The notes beneath the pieces were generated by a model that was not told the DNA's origin, did no database searches, and saw only the letters and a program-made list of their open reading frames with translations. Source: Ptychomitrium polyphyllum (taxonomy: Eukaryota). Taken from it: a DNA stretch of 64,000 bases. Of the stretch, positions 38,801 to 50,134 are shown one piece after another. The first letter of the stretch is position 1. Each line of letters starts with the position of its first letter. Location of the stretch: positions 6,014,001 through 6,078,000 of the forward strand of contig OZ316775.1 of assembly GCA_973851085.1 (NCBI GenBank), given 5' to 3'. The position numbers and the translations under genes were made by a program.

Positions 38801-41094
38801 TGCAACAAGAATATGAAGAATTTTACGATGATGTGCATTCGGAGTTCCTACAATTCGGAGAGATTGTGAATTTTAAGGTATTTGATAGGAGTCTAATTAT
38901 TACATTCTAGGGGCCATTAATATAGATGATGTTTATGGCCCCTATAGCAATGATGGTATCGTTCAAGTTTGGAGGTCCATATGGGATCACGTAAGATTTT
39001 AATCACCTGGGCTCTTGTTGTTTGCATCAATATTGAGCAGGTATGTCGAAATGGTTCACCGCATCTGCGAGGAAATGTTTATGTTCACTATGTATCACGA
39101 GAGTCAGCAATAGCTGCTTACAACCACATGAATGGACGATTTTATGCTAAGAAGCAGGTATGATGATCATATTACCGTGGGTCCTTCATGGTTAGGTGTG
39201 TTGAAGGGATTCATTCTTAAGATTGGGAAAACATCATATGCACTATCCCAAGGAATTACCAATTTAGTGCTTGCATGTCCTTTGCCTTTGCAGTGCTAAA
39301 CTAATATATTCAGCGAAGCTACTTATTCAAAGTAATACATTTGGTTCTTAGTAGCTTTGTGTGCGTAGTGGAAACCGGACAGAACTAGCTCATAAGAGTG
39401 GTAAGTGTCATAGTTTCCGGGTTTATCATGTTTATGAAATATGGTTTTTTAAAAGAACAACAGTAGTTTGTCCTACATCCTTTAACCTTGCTATATTGTC
39501 TCTGAGTTTACAGGTTACTTGCGAGTTTGTAGGAGTTACGAAATGGAAGCTTGCGATTTGCGGGGAATTCATGAGGACATATTACAGGGTAATGTTTTGT
39601 ACTAGCATTGTCCTGACTAGCTCAGTCTCTGTTTGTAGTTCGTGAAATCAAAGGTTTATTTGCTTGCTGTGGTGATGAAATATTCAGTGACTTATTTAGG
39701 AGCTTTGGGTTATTCTCTGAGCTTGAAAGATTTTTACATGATTGCGTAATTTTTTAATATCGATTGTGCAGACATGTTCACGTGGAACAGCATGCAATTT
39801 CTTGCATTGTTTTGAAAATCCTCGTAGGGAGTATGAGTGGGCAGACGTAGACAAACCACCCCCTAGGTTTTGGCAAAGAAAGATGGCAAACCTTTTCGGT
39901 TATGCGCTAATATCTGGTGAAGTATTCAACGAGTGGCAGGAGAAATCAAGTACTGACAGAGAATCCACTTACGATGACGATCGGGGAAGACAGATAGAGG
40001 ACAGAGAACTGACATACGATGATGATCACAGGAAAAACAGGCATAGGAGGGAAATCTTCCGCGAGGATGAACAAAAAAGAGGCATGCGTGATAGAGAACG
40101 AAAGTTTTATGAGTATGAAAAGAAGGACAGGATTAGGAGAGAATCGAAGTATGATGATCGACAAAGAGTAAGGCATTCAAAAGATAATAGTTACGACGGT
40201 CGAAGAAGAGATTCTAGATACGACGATGATTCTGCAAGAGATAAGAGTACAAGCTGTTCCAGGTATGGTGATGATCAAAGATCCATTAACGATGAGAGAT
40301 GGTCTCCAGGTGATGATCATGCACAGTCAGATGAGTTTGTTTCCTATAGGGATCCAAGAAGAGACCAGCACCACAGGGAATCTACATATGACGAAGACTT
40401 TGGGGACAAGGATGGTGACCACCACAGCCACAGTCAAAGCCACCGCCACCGCTCGAGGAGACGATCAATTAGTCCAGGTAGCCGTAAGACACGGAGGTCA
40501 AGGAGTCGGGATAGGTTGATTTCTCTTAGGGTGCACAGTCGAGATGGCTACTACTCCAGCAGTGAGGAGCAAGAAGGTAGATCTTCAAAGGTGACGTGGG
40601 TTAGCGAAGGTACAAGAGAACGAGCATCTGGGAAGAGCAAGCGGCACAGGCATAATAGCCAAGTGGGTTCCCGCAGTCTTGAAAGAACAGAAGACGAAGA
40701 TGTTCAAAGACACCAGAAGAGGAGGCCTTCTAGGCGAGAGCGTTGGAGCTATTCTGAGAATGAGCATCAACGGAGGGTCAAGGTTCTGGAGTCAGACAAT
40801 ACTATGAGTCGGCAGTGCGAAGATTTGGGCCCCACAGTTGCTGGAATGGCGACTGATGAGAACACTAGTAGTAGTGATAAGAAATTGGAGACTGATTTGG
40901 GTCTCAAGGCGGGTTTAATAGTCGATTATTTGAATCAAGAAGCCAACAGTGATAGTAGTAGCGCGGTGATAGAGTTGAGCCTGGACCTTTCCATGGACGA
41001 TGTCCAGAAAAGTACTTCTCAGTGGCAGTCATGGAGGAAAACTAAGTCAAAGAAGGCCAAGCTTGGGTTGAAGGAAATTACGTGCGGGTTATAA
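35849..41094 (+). CDS. RGH3: U2AF35-related protein (ZRSR/URP, maize RGH3-type minor-spliceosome factor), ~770 aa. Exons 35849-36103, 36661-36837, 37550(or 37547)-37663, 37863-38021, 38785-38877, 39041-39157, 39514-39588, 39772-41094
   Basis: Acidic coiled N-terminus, [42 protein letters not shown] finger [26 protein letters not shown] ([39 protein letters not shown]), second [26 protein letters not shown], long RS/RD-rich tail. All listed introns are GT-AG and phase 0. Confidence 0.92.
36443..36452. promoter_or_regulatory. Telo-box-like element (TTAGGGTTT) in intron 1 of the ZRSR gene
   Basis: Exact reverse complement of AAACCCTAA, a motif common near plant RNA-processing and translation genes. 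A related ttagggttg lies at ~35614. Confidence 0.35.
38486..38696 (+). other. Candidate U12-type (minor) intron nested in intron 4 of the ZRSR gene
   Basis: 5' end GTATCCTG (U12 consensus RTATCCTT), branch site TTTCCTTGAC at 38676-38685 (consensus TTCCTTRAC), and an AG 12 nt after the branch A, with no long polypyrimidine tract between them. Confidence 0.6.
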
Positions 41095-42489
41095 CTTCAC
41101 TGACGATTCATGCCTCAAAGTAAATAGTTTTGTGCCACATTGATTGTGTTGAAACTGGATATTTGAAGAGAATTTAGACAGGAAAGGATCTCAGCGCACT
41201 CTCAATATTAGAAGTACCGTTGTACTTTTGATTTAGTGTAATACTGGTGCCACTTATCAGGGAGCCTACTTTCAGTTGGACATTAAATGTATGGCCTGTG
41301 GTTGTGTATTGTATGAAGAGTCACAGATTGGCACGAGTTTTAAAAATCATCGCAGACAACGCAGCTGGTGCTTGTAACTTTGTCTCATGAGTGTATGATT
41401 GAATGAAAACTATCCAAATGAATATCTCGAGCACACCACTGCTGGCTTTACTCTGGTGGCTCCAAACTCCTTTATAACTCCTACGGCCAATCTTCCAAAT
41501 CAGTCAACATTGACCTTTGCGTTGGAGGGTAAAATGTGACGTTGCAATATGCCGTGCAACTAGTACTACCAGTAGGGATCATCCGGAGTACTGAATACAA
41601 TCTTTGCGAGATCTCATTTGAATTATCGAGCACTAATTTGACTCCTGATTGCAACCCACTTGCAGGAATCCCATCGGTGAAGCTTAATCAAGATTCACTA
41701 ATTACTAGTGCAGGATTACTATGTTAAAGTTTGTGCCAGAGTTGATGGTCTTTTGACGTTGGTCATTCATAAGATTTCGGGCACTGGGCCATGAGCTTTT
41801 AAACCTTTTTAACAGAACCCTGTTTGAAACCACTTTTTACTAAGAATGAATATGCACATTTTAATGAGTTTTCTTTGAATAATTCCAGCAAACAAGGTTT
41901 TGCTTTTCTATATAACCTGGTAAGTTTTGGGATTGCTGCTTGAAGGACTACCGTTGCATGCCAAGTTAGTACTATCTAGTGCTGCAAGTAAGAATGCAGT
42001 ACTCGAGCTCAAATATTGAGTTTCTGATTCGGGACCGTGGTCCTTCTCTGTTAAATATGTGAATATCTGTACAGTACTACCGCCTGGCATGTATATGTTG
42101 GTCACACCCTACCTTGCACACCAAAAGCGCCATTGGCCGATAGTACAATGAACAAACATGATTGGAGCTAACAATCATTCAGTAATTGCCAAAAGTGCAG
42201 TGCGTGGACAACATCGACAAATCCCCAAAATTCTGTTAAGCCTTTTCGGAGTTGCTACGAACGTGCCCATGTCAGCAAAATCACTAACTGCAAAAGTATA
42301 ATATGATGGTACCAACAATTAGTTCAGCTGGTTTGGTTACTCATGAACATGATATACACGAAATCTGATATTGATTTGCCTCTGAATCTGGAAGCTCAAT
42401 TGAGAAACAAATTCCAGTCATTAAGAAAAACATACCTAAGCACCGAAGTATGGATCGATTCAGGACTGGTGATACAGGACAATGCTACC

Positions 42490-43950
42490 GTTCACCGGAT
42501 TCTCTCGGCTTACCAATTAACTGCAGCGATGTATAAAGATGGATGGTGCTTGAGTGTTCTGCTTGATCCACTTTCCTCTGGAAGGGATGCCTTTCTGCAG
42601 ACAGTATATAATGTAGTACATCGGAGGGGCGATATTGTTGTTTGGGCTAGCTGTGACCTGCTTGGAGTACCAGCGTTGAAGCCTTTACCGGCACCGTGGG
42701 TCTTGAGCTGCAGTGATATCTCTTCCTGCCAGTACAAGTGCATGGTGAATGTCGCACCGTTCTTGGCACTGTCACTCCTCCCACTCTTGTCGCAACAGTG
42801 AACGTCATTGTGAACACTTGGTTATATTTCACGGCTTCCGAAGCGCCAGTAATCGCTGTCCTAACCGCATTGAAATTGGGAAAAACCAAAATTACAAATT
42901 TCTCTAAAACAACAAACGCTATTGCTGCTCACAAGAATGTTGCAAGTGTCCACAAATGTCCGCAAATGTCACTAAAATGTTGCAAATGCTTGCGAACGCT
43001 TGCAATTGTCAGCAGCTGTTTCCAAATATCACAAATGCCACAAAATTGTAAGCAGACTTTGGCGCTCACAAGAATTTCACACTCAGGAGTTGTGATTTAA
43101 TGGATTCCGAGAAATTCGAGGCAAGTTGAAGATATGTTTGCAACAGTGTCGGCAAAAGTCAGTAAATGGTCCAGCTAACAAATTTTCATAAAGGTTACAT
43201 TGACCAGCATTTGGCCATGCTGATAAAAGATTTACAGAAATAAACCTTGAATGGATTGGATCAGAGGCTTGTTTAGCGCCCAAGTAGGTAGAAGAGAAAG
43301 CTTCAACGCGGAGCTCGGTAACGAAGGCGCCAGTGAACGTGTAGAACTGATGCGTATTGCGACCCGCAGAGACGATTCTGCCATCGGCCAAGATACTCGC
43401 AGTTCGGTGGTACATCCTCGGAATGCCCAGTTTTGTCAACACGGCGAACCACTTCCCAGTTGCAGCATTCGGATCATAGCTCACTGTGTTCAACACGCGG
43501 TTGCTCACCTTCTCCCATCCCTAGAACCCCTTTCCCCACGCCGTTGATGATCAGAACCTCTCCTTTTGGAAAACTGATCTTGTCCCGACAGGCATATCCT
43601 CCATGGCCCAGCCAGTATTCCCGCCGTCGCCACAATTCGGTCACAGCTCTTCGACGCCAGCGCACCCACGCTATTCCTCCTAGAGGCTCGATGCTAGGCG
43701 CCTTTGTAGATTAGAAACTCTGCTTTTGCGAAGCTGGTGGCAAAGCTTAGTGGAAGCATCACTGCTCTTCCAGCTGAAGAATACTTTCGAAATTTATCAG
43801 GAATGGTTGATCATTGCTGCGTGATCATCCGGCGTTCCAAATTACTGCTTCTGCGTTCCGGTTCGCATGTATGAACATGTCGCCGTTCCGGAGCAGGAAC
43901 GGGACTGGGTAGAAGTTGTCGGTGTCTTCACATTGGCCACCGACTATGAT
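42490..43950 (-). pseudogene. Glyoxal oxidase / galactose oxidase-like (aldehyde oxidase GLOX family) pseudogene
   Basis: Fragments DNFYPVPFLLRNGDMFIHAN, GEVLIINGVGKG, IPRMYHRTASILADGRIVSAGRNTHQFYTFTGAFVTELRVEAFS and C-terminal domain remnants lie in different frames, with stops and deletions. The conserved YHS and GSN motifs are altered. Confidence 0.8.
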
Positions 43951-46074
43951 CTGTTGGATCCGGAACGCAGGAGCTGGTTTGGGGAGCTTGTACACTGGGG
44001 CCCCAAACTGACTTAGTTTAGCGGGAAGAGCCTTGTCAGACAGGGACTGGTGGAGTGTTCTCGAGTGACCTCGTGCTGGTAGAGTCTGGAGTTTACAATA
44101 TAAAATCTTTCATGTTTCTTTGACACACAGCTGAAATTTTAATCTCACTGCTAGGGAGTGTAAGTCTCTTCTCAATTTCTTGTGAGCAGGGCTCAGAAAG
44201 TACCGCTGTACACAAATTTACTCTTGCTAAAATCATTTCGGAGCCAAATCTTAGTTCTAAGATTCTGAGATAAAACAAAGAGTTGAAGCAAGCTGAGATA
44301 TTATACGTGTCCTTCACATGTACCCACTTCGTAAGTTTGTACCATGTTAATCTAATTCCAAACTAATTTAATTTGGCCATTGTTAACGGTGGAAGCGGAG
44401 ATTTCATGCAGATAATAAGCCCCCTGATAGACAATCAAGGGTGTGGAGTCCTATGATAAGCATTAACCACGTGATCTTCCGTCAGCGAATCAAGAGTCAA
44501 GATGTTGATCATTGCTCACGAAATTCACGAAGGCTTTCAACCATTTATTCGAATCGCATTGAAGTATTGAGTCAACAGCATAGCTCGACTCAGTGGAGTG
44601 GTTCATACAGCGTTGGGTTGTTGTATTCTGATTTGCTTTTCGGTGCAAGAAGTTGGCAGAGATGCTCAAACAGAATTATAGTATCATTACAGGCTTTTCA
44701 AGACATACTCTAGGAAATCACTGTTCTTGGAGGAAAATCCAACAAAAAAGAGTCTCAAGCAAACAAGGTTGGCTGAGTTTGTGACTTAGCATTAGGGATA
44801 AGGTTTCTCCTTTCTTTCAAAACTTAAACTAATCGACGATATCACCCAAATGTCGAAATGGATCTATAAAGGATTGTTTAACTAGTACACCTAAATGCAA
44901 CCTTACGATGGTAACAGAAGAGTCCAAGAGACAAGGTTTTGTTCCTATCTATCATAATTCTCCATGCAGCATGGCACTGCCAGGCTCCTTGAAGTAAACG
45001 AAATGCGACCGAAATTGGATTATTTGATGCTCCAAAATGACAAACGAACCAGATGCCAACGTGACCTTTCGGAGACTGTGCTATCCTGATCGTTTAGCTC
45101 ATCCCGACAACATCAGAGACACGAGATGGGTAACACACAACTTGCAGCTCAGACTGAAAAAGGTTAATGATCTGAAATGATGACATTTTGATGAAGAGCG
45201 AAAGGCTCGAACAAATGCATCTTCGGTGGTTGATGAGAAGTTAATTGGGATCGCAATTTTACATTAAAAAATCTTTGCTAGTTCTCGTGCATGTGCACCA
45301 CAGTCGGTTAAGTTCTTTTAATGTCTCTGAGAACCAGTACTATATCGCACCGGCGCTTTGCAAGAACATTTCTACTTTAAGGATCCAATATAAGATTTTG
45401 CTGTTGTTCCACACCCAATTGCTATTGAAGATATTTTAATACTTACACAACATCGTTGTACACTTACTTGTGGTTCCTCTTAATCTGAAAACACTTGAGA
45501 ATTCGACATCTAGGATAGAATAAGGTATCCCAGCGAAACTGCGCTTGAGGAAGAATAACGGACTTGCTCTCTGGAAACTCAAGGTGGTGTTAGGATATGC
45601 AGCACAGTAAGTTTTGAGCCTATGTACGTAGAATTCATGCGTAACATTTGCTACAAAAATTATAGATACAAATCGTGTGCCGCAGCCAAGCTAGGTGAGG
45701 GGTGACAGTTCAGCCCCGCTTCAACAGTGCCAGGGGAAGGCTAGCGCCTAGCGGTCTAGTTCAAGGTGGTTCTCTGAGCTCTTGGTGGGAAGGTGGAGCA
45801 TGCTTCCCCTGCACGGCTGCACAAAGAGAACATTCTCTGCTCAGCTACGAGGAACATCCGAACATGTGCAATGTGCATTTTATTCCTTACTCCGGCGAAG
45901 GCAATTATCAACTTCGCTGGTTGACTCAGAAGCTGGCATTGTAAAGAGTTCTTCGTTCATAACTCGCATGCATTTTATTGAAAGTGCATAAGGCCATTGC
46001 ACCTTCATTTGGTGCAACCTCCTGTCAACCAACACGTTGCATGGTAAACAAGTTTTCAACTTCTCATCAACATA

Positions 46075-46720
46075 TCCGTGATTGCTAAATAAGTATTCAA
46101 AGAAGTTATCATAATATGTAAAGTGCTTGCATCAATTATGATGGAATTTCGAACATTCTAAAATGCCAACATTATAAAAGGAAACTGGGTATTACATATC
46201 ACCATATGTAAACAAACCATGGTTTTTAACAATGATTGCATTGTTCACATAATACATCTTCTTTCTCCCATTATACTAAGCCGCATATTTTATATTTTGC
46301 GAAGATTGTCAAATTTTGACAAATGTCTTGCCTATGATTTCTATACAATTAAGGAGATATGGAACAAGGTTGGAAAGATTGTGATGTATCTCATCACATA
46401 AGGCATAATTAATATAAGAAGCAATTAAAAGACAATAAACTCTTAAAGCAAACTATTCTTCCAATTCCATTCAAATGAATTGAATATTATTTTATTGCTA
46501 TGTTTCATGAACAAAATGAAGTTCAAAAGCTATTTTCAAAGGATCAAATTTAAAATAGTAATTTAAACAGATTGAAACTTACCTACTTGTGCAACAATAG
46601 GAGCAGTTAATGCACATAATTCATTAAATTCTTTTGGTGTGAAAATTATCAATGTTTTGAAAAGTCATAATATATTATGCATGGATCCAAAAAACATCTT
46701 GTACTCAAATATTTGGATCT
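46075..46720 (-). mobile_element. Decayed PIF/Harbinger-type (DDE_Tnp_4/HARBI1-like) transposase relic
   Basis: Minus-strand fragments with stops and frameshifts: LFKTL..FTPKEFNELC, LLNFILFMKH..FEWNW, IASYINYALCDEI, MYYVNNAIIVKNHGLFTYGDM*YPVSFYNVGIL, YFEY-like FFEYLFSNHG. These resemble the Harbinger 'G.F..I..GYPGS.HD..IL' and 'LLGD.GY' motifs. Confidence 0.6.
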
Positions 46721-48748
46721 ACTAAGGTTGATTCAAATCTTCCAACTTGTTGGTGTTGAAAAATTCTTGGATTATGAGATAGCAAGTGTACATTAAAACA
46801 TTATTAGAAAATTAAGGTCCATATCATCAAATAATGCATTATCACTATTAAAAAAAGAATCTTCTTTAACAATCTCACTTGTTTTTTATGAATTAAATAA
46901 TGAGTTAAATACGATTTACAAAAAAAACAAAAAAAAATCTTAAATTCAAAATAATCAATCATAATTATAACATTAAAAGAGCATTATGAAAAATTTGAAA
47001 AACCACACTATTTAAAGGAAGCATGAACAAAGTACTTCTTACATAAACAACACATAAAAATAACAAAGAATTATGTAAGTTGTTTAATATTCTAATTACA
47101 AGTATTTATAATCATAATTCAAGTGCCCTTGCTCAAAACTACATTTTTATAATTGCAACTATACTTTGCTAATTGCAGTTATTTATATGTGTATATGGCT
47201 ATATAAGGCCATATACAACATACAACATACTATACAAAATACTTAAAATTCAACATTCACCATTTATTACTCAAATGCATTAGAAAAGCAATACCAAATA
47301 TTGCAAGGGCTATAAGAAACATTCAAAGTGCAACATTTATTATACAAATTTCATCAATATCAAATTGGTGGTTGAAACCATCAAGAACTGATTTAGGATG
47401 TTGTTGTAAATTTATGACTATTGGAGGTTAATCCATGGCAGTATTGTAGAGATAGGATCAAAGGCTAGGAGCATAATATTCATCATAATGGAACAAAACA
47501 ATAATTTTAAGATTGATTAAATTCGAATTAAACTAAATAATACATCTTATAAATCATTTAAATGTAAATTCAATGCTTTTTGGTTGATGAGACTCATTTT
47601 TTGGCAAGAAACTTATAATATAACTTTAAAAGCACGACAATTATCTTTAATAAATTTAACCTCTTATAGATCCATTTCATTTTTGAGATTATTTTGGAAT
47701 TTTTAAATTTTCCATTATGATGAATACCATGCTTAGAGGTTATCATTGTCATTGATGTGCTATTTTATATCAAAGTAGTACCAATTATGATGAAGATTGA
47801 GAAATTTAATTCAATTTGAACTAAATTGCATATTTTATAAATGATTTAACTGCAAATTTAGTAGCTTTTGGCTAATGTAGCTCATTTATTGGTAATAAAC
47901 TTATTATATATTAAAAAATTCCTCAGTCTCAAAATAATTTTTTTGGAATGTAATAAATTTAAAAAGAATTAAATTTGTTAAAAGTGATTGTTATATTTTT
48001 GAAGTTATATAATAAGTTTTTGCCAATATATGAGCCACATTAGCTAAAAATCACTTAATTGTATATAAATGGTCTATGAAATATGTTCTTTAGCTAAATT
48101 TGAGTCTAATCTATAGAGACTATTATAGTTCTAAAATTGTTGCTTTGTCCCATGATAATAAATATGATATTGTAAGCTCGTTGAAATTACTTCCTCATGA
48201 AAATAAGATTATAACCATTACTTAAAAATCTTAAAGTTCCAAATTCCAAACCAAAAGCCTTATGTACCACCTTTGTAACCGTACCAATATCCACTTAAAT
48301 ATTTCATCAATATCACTTCAATATCATTGAAGTATCAATAGGATATTATTTATGTACCAACCAAAAAATAATTGCAATAAACATATCCAAGTTCTTTGTA
48401 ACATTGTATCTACATTTCACAAATAAATATCTGCCATGTAAATCAACATCCACTCAAACTTACTTAAGCTTTATGCTTGCTTCTCAATTCTTGTGATGAT
48501 GGGATTAAATTAATATAGCATTCTTAGCAACCTTTCCAACACCTTCATTTAGAGACATAATCCCATCTCCAAATACACAATTTCATTGATATTGAAAAAT
48601 TCAATTGAAACCTGACACCATCCATGAACCCAACTCACGAGTCTTAACTTGCTACATATTTTCTCTGATTTTCACATGCATTCACTCTACTTCATTAATC
48701 AATGCCCCAAATCCTAATACAAAGATGAGCCGCTGTTACTACTGAAGA

Positions 48749-50134
48749 ATGCTACGAGGGACTACTGCTATGAACTCGAGGATGCTGGAGCTGAAACCCA
48801 ACGTTTGGACGGCCTTGGCGTCCATGTGCATGGCGGCCATGCTGGTGTGCCGCGTTTATAACAATTCCATGCACGACCAGAATCATTTGTTCGATGCGCC
48901 GCCGCAAAGTCCCGCCGCCGCAGCCGCTTTAGAGTTACCAGAGCTATGGAGGAATGTTTCAGCGGCGCGATGGATGCCGTGCTCATGGTGGGGATTCACG
49001 AAGTCTGCATCACCAGGCCCTGCAGAGAATGGCAACACGAATGGGTACATCATTATCGGATGCTCCGGTGGCGTCAACCAAATGCGTCGCGACTTTTGTG
49101 CAGGCGTAGGGATTGCGCGATTGCTGAACGCGACGCTCTTACTGCCGAGGTTTGATGCATCTCCTTACTGGAATGACACGAGTGGATTTGGTGATATATT
49201 TGATGTGGACGTCTTTCTGGAGAGTGTCCGTGGCAGGGTGGTCGTCTTGCGAGAGCTTCCGGCGTCTTTGACGAACCGAGAGCCGGTTGTGATTACTTGC
49301 CAGAAAGTGAGCGAGCCGTTTGACTACGTTGAGTCGTTGCTGCCGCAACTATTGCAGCATCAAGTCATTATTCTTCGACCATCTGCGAGCCAAAGGATGG
49401 ACCGGAACCCTAGTTTTGCAAAGAGGGTGCGATGTCACGCTTGCTATCGGTCTCTACGACTGGTGAGGAATTTGCGAGAAATTGCAGAAGGAGTTCTTCA
49501 ATGTCTCCCTCGTCCGTTTCTGGCTCTGCACCTCCGGTTTGAGCCTGATATGATTGCTTACAGCCGCTGTCGTTACTATAACCTCTCTGCTGCAGCCATG
49601 GCTTCCGTAGATAGAGTTCGAGGCTCTCGGCAAGTGCTCGGTGAAGCAGCTGAGAGGTTTTGGAGAAGAAAAGGGAAGTGTCCACTTACTCCGCAGGAGA
49701 CTGCATTCATACTCAAAGCCCTCAACGTCCCTGTGTCCACTATTATCTATATCACTGCCGGATCGGAGGTGCTCGAGGTTCCCAAGCTCACTTCAACCTA
49801 CTCCCGTGTGTTTCAGAAGTCCGATTTCTTCTTGCATGTAGATCACCTGGGAGCTTTGAAAGGGAGTAGCAGGGCTGCCATAGATTGGTATGTGTCGCTC
49901 CATGCGGATGTCTACGTTGCCACATTTTTAGGGAATATGGACAAGATGGTGATAGCGGACCGAATGTTGGCAGGGAAGTATCGCAATCTGGTCTTGGATC
50001 GGCATGCGTTTGCTGAAGCAAAGTGGCAGGGGATGCAAGAAGCAGAGCTATCCCAACTTCTGTTGAAGAAACACAGGCAGCACGTGACCACTGGTTATGG
50101 CTTACCTGTGTCAGATTGTTTTTGTAAAGCTTAA
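48749..50134 (+). CDS. O-fucosyltransferase-family protein (DUF246/GT106-type), single exon, 461 aa
   Basis: N-terminal hydrophobic anchor and motifs NGYIII.C.GGVNQMRRDFC.GVGIARLLNATL, FGDIFDVD.F, ALHLRFEPDM, GKCPLTPQE, RAAIDWYVSLHAD, C-terminal DCFC. The ORF is uninterrupted. Confidence 0.92.
   Translation: MLRGTTAMNSRMLELKPNVWTALASMCMAAMLVCRVYNNSMHDQNHLFDAPPQSPAAAAALELPELWRNVSAARWMPCSWWGFTKSASPGPAENGNTNGYIIIGCSGGVNQMRRDFCAGVGIARLLNATLLLPRFDASPYWNDTSGFGDIFDVDVFLESVRGRVVVLRELPASLTNREPVVITCQKVSEPFDYVESLLPQLLQHQVIILRPSASQRMDRNPSFAKRVRCHACYRSLRLVRNLREIAEGVLQCLPRPFLALHLRFEPDMIAYSRCRYYNLSAAAMASVDRVRGSRQVLGEAAERFWRRKGKCPLTPQETAFILKALNVPVSTIIYITAGSEVLEVPKLTSTYSRVFQKSDFFLHVDHLGALKGSSRAAIDWYVSLHADVYVATFLGNMDKMVIADRMLAGKYRNLVLDRHAFAEAKWQGMQEAELSQLLLKKHRQHVTTGYGLPVSDCFCKA

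Noticed and set aside
39476..39487. TCCTTTAAC branch-like motif in ZRSR intron 6
   Set aside because: The intron's donor is GTATGA (U2-type) and the motif lies too far from the AG for a typical U12 intron.
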